Shown here in pieces: positions 25,488 through 32,000 of a DNA stretch of 32,000 nucleotides. The notes under the pieces are model-generated. The model saw only the letters and a list, made by a program, of their open reading frames with translations. It was not told where the DNA came from and did no database searches. Each line of letters opens with the position of its first letter. Position 1 is the first letter of the stretch. Source of the stretch: Geotalea uraniireducens Rf4. GTDB taxonomy: Bacteria; Desulfobacterota; Desulfuromonadia; Geobacterales; Geobacteraceae. The stretch is taken from positions 2,730,001-2,762,000 of the forward strand of contig NC_009483.1 of NCBI RefSeq assembly GCF_000016745.1, given 5' to 3'. Both the position numbers and the translations under genes were made by a program.

Positions 25488-25518
25488 AAACAAAAAGGCC
25501 GCTTCTCGCAAAGCGGCC
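25488..25518 (-). terminator. Rho-independent terminator of the fbp / small-ORF transcription unit
   Basis: The minus strand reads GGCCGCTT-TGCGAG-AAGCGGCC (25518-25497), a perfect 8-bp stem with a 6-nt loop, followed by TTTTTGTTT (25496-25488). It lies 43 nt after the stop of the 91-aa ORF. Confidence 0.8.
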
Positions 25519-25561
25519 TTTGTACAATGAATAGTTTAATAGTTACGAGTTGAGGGGTTTG

Positions 25562-25837
25562 TTACATATCCTCGTCATCCGGTTCTTCTTCGCCGTATTC
25601 ATCCACACCAAAGGACTCATCGAATCCCATGTCGCCCGCTCCTTCGGCGTCATCCAACTCATCGGCCATAAACTGTTCAGGCGAACGCTCGTCCTCTTCC
25701 TTTATTGCTTCGAATTTTGCCAGGATATCGCCCTTGGTGCAGTAACGGCCGTCCTTGTGCGAACAGACATCTTTGTCGCACAGGTCAAACAGTTGAATCT
25801 CACTACAGAGTCTCGGCGGATTTTGTTCTTTTTCCAT
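25562..25837 (-). CDS. Hypothetical small protein: N-terminal four-Cys segment plus extremely acidic C-terminal tail
   Basis: 91 aa. Cysteines at 11, 20, 25 and 33 form C-x8-C-x4-C-x7-C (CSEIQLFDLCDKDVCSHKDGRYC). The last ~45 residues are dominated by D/E (...DELDDAEGAGDMGFDESFGVDEYGEEEPDDEDM). An AGAGG SD lies upstream, and the gene sits 49 nt downstream of fbp before the terminator. I recognise no family. Confidence 0.6.
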   Translation of the reverse strand: MEKEQNPPRLCSEIQLFDLCDKDVCSHKDGRYCTKGDILAKFEAIKEEDERSPEQFMADELDDAEGAGDMGFDESFGVDEYGEEEPDDEDM

Positions 25838-25886
25838 ACATTACCTCTTCGTGCAGTTTTGAGCCGGCAAATGGCTCCTGTAAAAC

Positions 25887-26828
25887 TCAGCTTTTATACA
25901 CGTACTCCATAGCCCGATTAACATCTTCAACGCATCCGATATATATTGGAGCCCGCTGGTCAAGGCCTTCGGGCTTGATATCGAGTATCGGTATCTTACC
26001 ATTGGTAGCTGCGCCACCGGCATGTTCTATGATAAACGCCATGGGATTGAGCTCGAACAGTAGGCGCAACTTGCCGTTTGGTGACCCGTTCAAAGCAGGA
26101 TACATGAAAAGCCCCTTCCCTTTCATCAACACCTGGTTGATATCAGGGACAAACCCGCCGGAATAACGCAGCTTGCAACCTTTGGCTTCCAGATAGCGGA
26201 TGAACTTTTCATCACCTTCGTTATATTTATTACGCAGACCGCCAGGTGAATATATATTGCCGTCAGGCTGCATCCGGATATTCTCACGTGTCAGGTTAAA
26301 TTCCATCAGCTGGTTCATGGTAAATTCATGGACACCGTCGCCAACGGTGTAGACCAGCGAAACTCTCGGCCCATAAAGGATATACATGGCCGCTACCTGC
26401 TTGCGTCCCTCCTGGAGAAGATCGCAACCTGAAAAAATGGAAACGATCGTACCAACGGCCAGATTGACATCAACCAGCGAAGAACCGTCAAGGGGATCAT
26501 ACGCAACGGAATAGAGGCCATTGGAATCCGTGGTCACCTGGTATATCTCGTCCATTTCTTCGGAAGCAATATTGCAGACAACACCTGAATGAATGAGTCG
26601 TTTCCTCATGATACGGTCAGACAACACATCAAGGGCAAGCTGCTCTTCACCGTAAAGATTGGACGTACCCGCCACCCCAAGATCGCCGGTCCTTACGGCA
26701 TTGATGACGTATTTGCTCGCCTCGGCAATTTCGCAGATCAGATGAATGAGATTGTCGCAAATATTTTGACTGCGCAGATGGCGCCGCAGATCAATTTGAA
26801 ATTTGGATTTCCCCGGCTCACTAAACAT
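25887..26828 (-). CDS. fbp: Fructose-1,6-bisphosphatase class 1
   Basis: 313 aa with typical FBPase-I blocks: LYGEEQLALDVLS, ASEEMDE, AYDPLDGSSLVDVN..VGTI.SI, YILYGP, GG.RNKYNEGD, LRYSGG.V.D..Q.L.KG.G.F.YP and KLRLL.E.NP.AFI.E.AGG.A. Confidence 0.9.
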   Translation of the reverse strand: MFSEPGKSKFQIDLRRHLRSQNICDNLIHLICEIAEASKYVINAVRTGDLGVAGTSNLYGEEQLALDVLSDRIMRKRLIHSGVVCNIASEEMDEIYQVTTDSNGLYSVAYDPLDGSSLVDVNLAVGTIVSIFSGCDLLQEGRKQVAAMYILYGPRVSLVYTVGDGVHEFTMNQLMEFNLTRENIRMQPDGNIYSPGGLRNKYNEGDEKFIRYLEAKGCKLRYSGGFVPDINQVLMKGKGLFMYPALNGSPNGKLRLLFELNPMAFIIEHAGGAATNGKIPILDIKPEGLDQRAPIYIGCVEDVNRAMEYVYKS

Positions 26829-27010
26829 TAATTACCCCCTCGCAGATGGAATATATTGAATTATACGAATACAGCTTAATTTAAACGCCGGCTTAAATCA
26901 AGCAAAAAAGCCGTTAAAGCCCGCTGTTACTTGACTTTACGGATTGTCATGGTATCTGGTTTATGGTTGCGGAACCGACCTGACCGTGGCATTTAATATG
27001 ACGTCCCCGG

Positions 27011-27026
27011 GGCATGATATCATGCC
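27011..27026. promoter_or_regulatory. Perfect 16-bp palindrome GGCATGATATCATGCC upstream of the Rieske/cyt b operon (candidate operator)
   Basis: Read directly from the sequence. The element is its own reverse complement. It ends 27 nt before the Rieske ATG (27054) and is preceded by CCCCGGGG (27005-27012). Confidence 0.3.
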
Positions 27027-27053
27027 GCAACAAGTCGAGAAACTGGAGGATTC

Positions 27054-27473
27054 ATGGTAGTCAAAGAGAGACGAACATTTCTCGGCGTATGCCTCGGCGC
27101 TTTATTCGCTGCTGGCGCCGGAGCCATTGCCTATCCGGTGTTCAGATACCTGGCTCCGAGACGTGAGATCGGCAACAAGGGTAAAGTTGAAATACCGGAG
27201 TCGGAACTGACCGCAGGGAGTGCAAAATACTTTGAATACCAAGGGAAGGCAGCGGTACTGATCAGAAAAAAAAGCGGAGCCCTGCTGGCGCTTTCTGCGG
27301 TCTGTACCCACCTCGGTTGCGTCGTCCAGTGGCAGAAAGAAAATGAACAGTTTCTCTGCCCCTGCCACGCCGGTCTATTTACAGCTGATGGAACCGTGAT
27401 TTCAGGCCCTCCGCCCAAACCGCTGGAAAAGATTTCCTTTGTCATCGCAAACGGCATAATAATTGTAGGTTGA
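27054..27473 (+). CDS. Rieske [2Fe-2S] subunit of a cytochrome bc-type complex
   Basis: 139 aa. It has a twin-arginine signal/anchor ERRTFLGVCLGALFAAGAGA and cluster-binding boxes CTHLGC and CPCHAG. Confidence 0.9.
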   Translation: MVVKERRTFLGVCLGALFAAGAGAIAYPVFRYLAPRREIGNKGKVEIPESELTAGSAKYFEYQGKAAVLIRKKSGALLALSAVCTHLGCVVQWQKENEQFLCPCHAGLFTADGTVISGPPPKPLEKISFVIANGIIIVG

Positions 27474-27486
27474 GTGTGGAGGTCCC

Positions 27487-28590
27487 ATGTCGCTTCTAAA
27501 AAAAATATACTGCTGGATCGACGTGCGCATTGGCGCCGGAGAACTGGTGGAGAAGGAGTTGACCGGATACCTCCTCCCTCGGAACATCAACGTCTGGTAT
27601 TCCATGGGAAGCATCCTCCTGGTGATATTCTTCCTGCAGGTGGTTACAGGGATTCTGCTCCTGGTCTATTATGTGCCGGATGCCGACAAGGCCTTCCACA
27701 GCGTCACGTTCATCATGAATAACGTCCCGTTCGGCTGGCTGATCCGCATGTGTCATGCAGTCGGTTCAAACATGATGGTGTTGATCCTGCTTTTTCACAT
27801 GTTGTCGGTCCTGTTCATGGGGAGCTATAAAAGCCCGCGGGAAATGAACTGGCTATCAGGGTTTATCCTCTTCAACCTCGTCCTGGCGGTCTCGCTGACC
27901 GGTTATCTCCTCCCCTGGAGCCAACTCTCTTTCTGGGCAACCACTGTTGCCACCAACAGCGTCGGCGCAATCCCTTACGTCGGAGAATTTCTCGTGGAAT
28001 TCCTGCGCGGCGGCAAACTGGTCGGTCCGGCTACCCTTGGGCGCTTTTTTGCCCTGCATGTGCTCCTGATACCATTGACCATCGCTGCCGTCGTCGGCGC
28101 ACACCTCTTTTTCCTTCAGCGAACCGGCGTCTCCACTCCCCCTTTTGGCCTGACCGATTCAAGAAATCAATGGCAGGGAGACAACTACCGCTACGAAAGC
28201 CATCCGGGAGGCATCCCCTTTTTCCCCAACTATGCGCTTCAGGACATGACCTCCATCGCCATTTATTTTGCATTTTTCCTGGGTGTGTTTTTTTTCGCCC
28301 CTTACATATTCTTCCCTGCAGATGCATTTGTACCTGCAAACCCCTTCCTGACCCCCGCCCACATCAAACCGGAATGGTACTTCCTCGCCAACTACCAGAC
28401 CCTGAAAATATTCCCCAGTGAATTTTTCGGTCTTGCCGTGCAGGGAGCAGCCATGACCTTTCTCGCACTTTTGCCGTTCATCGACCGGGGTGTAGAGAAA
28501 CATCCGCTTAAGCGCCCCCTGTTTATGGTCTGCGCAATCGGCGGCATTCTGCTGTATCTCGCACTGATGATATGGGGACACTACTCATGA
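27487..28590 (+). CDS. Cytochrome b (fused b6 + subunit IV-like) of a bc-type complex
   Basis: 367 aa. The helix B haem ligands are H-x13-H (HAVGSNMMVLILLFH) and the helix D ligands are H-x14-H (HVLLIPLTIAAVVGAH). The Qo-site PEWY (IKPEWYF) is present. A GGAGG SD lies upstream. Confidence 0.9.
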   Translation: MSLLKKIYCWIDVRIGAGELVEKELTGYLLPRNINVWYSMGSILLVIFFLQVVTGILLLVYYVPDADKAFHSVTFIMNNVPFGWLIRMCHAVGSNMMVLILLFHMLSVLFMGSYKSPREMNWLSGFILFNLVLAVSLTGYLLPWSQLSFWATTVATNSVGAIPYVGEFLVEFLRGGKLVGPATLGRFFALHVLLIPLTIAAVVGAHLFFLQRTGVSTPPFGLTDSRNQWQGDNYRYESHPGGIPFFPNYALQDMTSIAIYFAFFLGVFFFAPYIFFPADAFVPANPFLTPAHIKPEWYFLANYQTLKIFPSEFFGLAVQGAAMTFLALLPFIDRGVEKHPLKRPLFMVCAIGGILLYLALMIWGHYS

Positions 28591-29399
28591 ACATGAGACT
28601 ATTTTTGCACTGGGGCTTTCCAACCGCATTCATAACCCTGTGGATGGTACTCTTTTCCTTTCCTGTAGCTGCTACAGCACAAAATCAGACCGTCTGTCTT
28701 CAGTGCCATGGGAGTCAAAGCGGTCGTGGCGGTGCTATGGTAAAACCTTGGCAAGGAAGTATTCATGCGGAGAACGGTACCAGCTGTCATGACTGTCACG
28801 GCGGTGACCCAAAGGATGCGGTTAACGCCATGAATCCTGCACGCGGCTTTCTGGGAGTACCGAAAGAAATTGAGATTCCCTCCTTTTGCGGCCGCTGTCA
28901 TATCGGAATCAGGGACGATTACCTGCAAAGCGCGCACGGCAAGGCACTGGGCCATGGAGGGCCGACCTGCGTCACCTGTCACGGCAGCCATGACGTGAAA
29001 AAAGTGACCCTGGATATTATCAATGAAAAGAACTGCTCTCGCTGCCACGCTTACGCTCGCGCAGCGGAACTCAAGGCAGCGATGGAGCAGGCAGAAAAGC
29101 AGATAGTGGTAATCGAGGAGCGGTTAAAGGTCTATAAAGGCGAGGGGGTCAATACCGATGCGAGGGAAAAAGCGCTGTTTTCCGCTCGCAACAGGTATCA
29201 TAGACTTTTTCATGAAGTAAATACGGCAAAGGTAAGGGCAGAATCAGCGCAGATCGTAACGGAACTAGATAAAATACAGCGCGGTTTCGGCAATATCGAA
29301 GCTGAAAGACAAAAAAGAAAAATAACAGGCGTCGTAGCTGTAAGCGGCTCGCTCCTAGCCGCCCTACTCTTTTATCTCTTGAGGAAAACCTACGATTAG
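28587..29399 (+). CDS. Membrane-anchored pentahaem c-type cytochrome (third subunit of the bc-type operon)
   Basis: It has five CxxCH motifs (CLQCH, CHDCH, CGRCH, CVTCH, CSRCH), an N-terminal signal/TM and a C-terminal TM (VVAVSGSLLAALLFYLL). I prefer the ATG at 28587, which overlaps the cyt b stop as ATGA. The ORF-track start at 28572 is also possible. Confidence 0.85.
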   Translation: MNMRLFLHWGFPTAFITLWMVLFSFPVAATAQNQTVCLQCHGSQSGRGGAMVKPWQGSIHAENGTSCHDCHGGDPKDAVNAMNPARGFLGVPKEIEIPSFCGRCHIGIRDDYLQSAHGKALGHGGPTCVTCHGSHDVKKVTLDIINEKNCSRCHAYARAAELKAAMEQAEKQIVVIEERLKVYKGEGVNTDAREKALFSARNRYHRLFHEVNTAKVRAESAQIVTELDKIQRGFGNIEAERQKRKITGVVAVSGSLLAALLFYLLRKTYD

Positions 29400-29471
29400 C
29401 CGGGCGGCAACACATTTACAGCAACAAATCGCCCCTCAACGGGTTTCACGGAAGAAACGGCCACCAGGCGG

Positions 29472-30665
29472 TCATTTCTTCATCATCTCCATCAGCCTGA
29501 ACCCTTCTTCCACAAACAGGCCGGAAGCGGCAGATTCTTCGTCGTAGCCCGTCACGTTATCGTCTGCCAGCTCTTCACCGCTGTAGATGATAAATGGAAC
29601 GGGATCCGACGTATGGGTCATCAGCTTGACCGGTGTCGGATGGTCCGGCGTACAGAGTATGCGGTAATCACCGAATTTCCTGATCCCTTCCAGGACCGGA
29701 CCGACCACCAGCGCATCAAAATCCTCGATCGCCCTGATCTTGTCTTGAAGCTTACCGGAATGGGACGCCTCGTCGGGCGCTTCCACATGCAGGTAGACAT
29801 AATCCTTTTCTTCGAGAACTTTGAGCGCCGCCTCAGCCTTGCCCCGGTAGTTAGTGTCGATATAGCCGGTTGCGCCGGGCACATTGACAATTTCAAGCCC
29901 GGCATAAATGCCGATGCCCTTGATAAGATCCACAGCAGAGATAACCGCACCGTTCAAGGCGAACTTGTCGGCAAAGGTGGCCATACGTGGAGACTTGCCC
30001 TGCCCCCAGAGCCAGATGGAATTTGCCGGAACCTCGCCGTTCGCCAGGCGCCGTTTGTATTGCGGATGGTTGAAAAAAATCAGCTGCGAAGAATTCATCA
30101 GGTTGATGAGGCGATCGGCGCCCTCCCCTGCAGGAAGAAAATCGATGATATTTTTGCCGGTAATGTCGTGTGGCGGCGTGGCGGTTATTTTATCCTTACC
30201 GTTGCGCCAGACCATGAGGTGGCGGTATCCTACCCCAGGATAAAAATGGAACTCGTCATCGCCCAGATGTTTTTGCAGTTCCTCGATCAGTTCCCGCCCA
30301 TCCATGCTGGAAATATGACCAGCCGAATAATCCTGCATGTAAAGCTTGCCGGCATGGGGATGCAAATTAACGAGATTGACGCGGAAAGCCACATCATTTA
30401 TTCCCAGCTCCACCCCCATGCTGGCGGCTTCGAGCGGTGACCGGCCTGTATAGCAGCTGACCGGATCGTAGCCGAACACCGAAAGGTTGGCAACATCGCT
30501 CCCGGGGGGAAGCCCCTTGGGAACGGTCCTGGCAAGACCTAATTTTCCCCGTTTTGCCATAAAATCCATGTTGGGGGTATTTGCCGCCTGGAGCGGAGTC
30601 TTACCTCCGAGCTCCTCAATTTTTTCATCGGACATGCCGTCGCCGAGCAAAACAATGTACTTCAT
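29472..30665 (-). CDS. apgM: Cofactor-independent phosphoglycerate mutase, archaeal type
   Basis: The canonical N-terminus MKYIVLLGDGMSD starts at the ATG at 30665. Metalloenzyme-superfamily blocks include HVEAPDEASHSG and TPDHPTP. The 20-codon upstream extension begins with TTG and looks non-coding. Confidence 0.85.
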   Translation of the reverse strand: MKYIVLLGDGMSDEKIEELGGKTPLQAANTPNMDFMAKRGKLGLARTVPKGLPPGSDVANLSVFGYDPVSCYTGRSPLEAASMGVELGINDVAFRVNLVNLHPHAGKLYMQDYSAGHISSMDGRELIEELQKHLGDDEFHFYPGVGYRHLMVWRNGKDKITATPPHDITGKNIIDFLPAGEGADRLINLMNSSQLIFFNHPQYKRRLANGEVPANSIWLWGQGKSPRMATFADKFALNGAVISAVDLIKGIGIYAGLEIVNVPGATGYIDTNYRGKAEAALKVLEEKDYVYLHVEAPDEASHSGKLQDKIRAIEDFDALVVGPVLEGIRKFGDYRILCTPDHPTPVKLMTHTSDPVPFIIYSGEELADDNVTGYDEESAASGLFVEEGFRLMEMMKK

Positions 30666-30738
30666 GCAACAATCCTTTCGCACAAAAATAAATAAAATAT
30701 ATCCTGAATCAACAGACGGGATCAAGCCTTAAACGTCT

Positions 30739-31626
30739 CTATCCCCGGGGGTGAAACTCCTGGTGGAGTTTCTTTAAACGTTCGCGAGTCACATGGGTGT
30801 ATATCTGGGTAGATGACAAGTCCGCATGACCAAGCATGATTTGTACGCTACGGAGATCCGCCCCGTTTTCCAGCAGATGGGTAGCAAAAGAGTGTCTGAG
30901 GGTATGCGGTGAAATGTTTTTTCTGATTCCGGCCGCACCAGACCGTTTCTTGATGATATTCCAGAACGCCTGGCGACTCATTTTACCCCCCAGCCTGCTC
31001 AAGAACAGATACTCGTTGTCGCCTTTCCTGTCAAGCAATATGCGTATGCCGGCAAGATACTCGCCTATGGCCGTTCTTGCCGATTCCCCCATGGGTACGA
31101 GACGTTCCTTTTCCCCCTTCCCCATGGTCAGCAAATAACCGGCGTCGATATTCACATCCCGCAACTTGAGCGACACCAATTCCGAAACCCGCAGCCCTGT
31201 GGCATAAAGGACTTCGAGCATGGCGCGGTCACGCACCTCGAACGTCCCATCGCCTTTTGCAGTCGCCAGCAGGCTTTCAACCTCGCGTCCCGAGAGCACC
31301 TCAGGCAACCGGTTGACAGTCTTCGGCGTTTCTATGATGGCTGTAGGGTTGCTGACGGAATAGTTTTCAACCAAAAGGAAACGGTGAAACATCCTTATGG
31401 CGGAAAGAGCCCTGGCACGACTCCGCGGTGCAAGACCGGAATCTTTAAGCCGCGTCACGTGCTCAACCACATCCAACGCAGTAACGTTTTCCGGGTTCGT
31501 GCGCTTTCGTTCCGCGAGAAAATCCAGATACACACTCAAGTCACGACTATAAGCTTCAAGGGTATTTTTAGTCAAACCCTTCTCTACAAGAAGATAATTC
31601 AAAAACAGGTCAAGGTACTCGTTCAT
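30739..31626 (-). CDS. xerD: Site-specific tyrosine recombinase XerD
   Basis: 295 aa. The N-terminal SAM-like domain is FLNYLLVEKGLTKNTLEAYSRDL. Catalytic residues are ATGLRVSE, HTLRHSFATHLL and GHADLSSTQIYTHV, and the protein ends in HPRG. XerD versus XerC is not fully separable by eye. Confidence 0.75.
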   Translation of the reverse strand: MNEYLDLFLNYLLVEKGLTKNTLEAYSRDLSVYLDFLAERKRTNPENVTALDVVEHVTRLKDSGLAPRSRARALSAIRMFHRFLLVENYSVSNPTAIIETPKTVNRLPEVLSGREVESLLATAKGDGTFEVRDRAMLEVLYATGLRVSELVSLKLRDVNIDAGYLLTMGKGEKERLVPMGESARTAIGEYLAGIRILLDRKGDNEYLFLSRLGGKMSRQAFWNIIKKRSGAAGIRKNISPHTLRHSFATHLLENGADLRSVQIMLGHADLSSTQIYTHVTRERLKKLHQEFHPRG

Positions 31627-32000
31627 ATTTCTTCATCAATGGCCTTGAGCAGGTGGATCCTTATTTCTTCAAGTTTATCACCACCAAGCAGCTTATGGCC
31701 GAAAATATCCTTGACGTAAAAGACGTCCGCTACCTGATCGACCTTTGTTGAAACCTTCGACACGCCGATATACAGCCCAAGCTCGGTGAGGGTGCTGGTT
31801 ATCCGGTAGAGGAGCCCGACCTTGTCGTGGGTATAGATGTCAATGACCGTGTAATCCGCTGAAACCTCGTTGTCGATTTCAACCCGCGTGGGAAACTTCG
31901 GTTTCGGCTTTTCAGTCAGGATGGTCGGACGGTAACGCTTCTTTACCAGGGTGCCGACCCGGACCTTACCCTGCAGGACCTGGCGCATATCGTCCTCAAG
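31623..32000 (-). CDS. glnD: [Protein-PII] uridylyltransferase GlnD, C-terminal ACT-domain end (partial, continues beyond the window)
   Basis: An open frame runs to the window edge. The ACT-domain sequence is ADYTVIDIYTHDKVGLLYRITSTLTELGLYIGVSKVSTKVDQVADVFYV.D..G.KL. The stop overlaps the xerD start as ATGA. Confidence 0.7.
   Translation of the reverse strand, partial: LEDDMRQVLQGKVRVGTLVKKRYRPTILTEKPKPKFPTRVEIDNEVSADYTVIDIYTHDKVGLLYRITSTLTELGLYIGVSKVSTKVDQVADVFYVKDIFGHKLLGGDKLEEIRIHLLKAIDEEI

Noticed and set aside
24929-25534. 201-aa plus-strand ORF, plus several 80-100-aa ORFs over 24.9-25.55 kb
   Set aside because: They lie in the structured 5' ribozyme part (domains I-III) of the group II intron, on the opposite strand. 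The open frames come from GC-rich RNA-gene sequence.
26987-27002. Sigma54-like TGGCAT-N5 elements here and at 11720-11735
   Set aside because: Both have the -24 GG but lack the -12 GC (ATGAC and ATTAA in place of TTGC), so they are not credible sigma54 promoters by eye.
29613-30440. 275-aa plus-strand ORF
   Set aside because: It is antisense to the well-supported apgM gene. The Arg-rich shadow-frame composition carries no motifs.
1-32000. CRISPR arrays, tRNA/rRNA genes, IS transposases, toxin-antitoxin or known defence-system genes
   Set aside because: I saw no direct-repeat/spacer periodicity, no tRNA-like T-arm/acceptor patterns, and no ORF with such signatures. The only mobile element found is the group II intron.

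Overview
This is a bacterial chromosomal window. Its gene content resembles a Desulfobacterota (Geobacter/Desulfuromonas-like) genome, which is an inference only.

- **1-12.5 kb:** an AT-richer minus-strand operon matches the conserved core of an exosortase (XrtA)/PEP-CTERM exopolysaccharide locus. It encodes a PrsT-like TPR lipoprotein, priming sugar transferase, Wza-like exporter, chain-length determinant, BY-tyrosine kinase, ExeA-like ATPase, beta-barrel OMP and deacetylase. It diverges across a 612-bp AT-rich control region from a CPBP/CAAX-type protease gene. The exosortase itself is not in the window.
- **12.5-23.5 kb:** an MFP-RND efflux operon runs, with no visible terminator, into an overlapping orphan FliK-like / FlhB-C-terminal-fragment gene pair. 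This region also holds a dual-receiver PAS hybrid histidine kinase with a REC-HD-GYP regulator, and a sigma54-dependent NtrC-type response regulator.
- **23.56-25.49 kb:** an apparently intact ~1.93-kb group II intron with an endonuclease-less RT/maturase. It is inserted exactly at the end of the U-tract of a rho-independent terminator, which is class IIC-like behaviour.
- **25.5-32 kb:** a small Cys4/poly-acidic protein, class 1 FBPase, a Rieske / b6-like cytochrome b / pentahaem cytochrome c operon, archaeal-type iPGM, XerD, and the 3' end of GlnD.

I saw no rRNA, tRNA, CRISPR array or IS transposase. The most unusual item is the FliK-like/FlhB-fragment pair appended to the RND operon. All calls come from reading the supplied translations and the DNA by eye. 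No searches were run, and family names are from memory.
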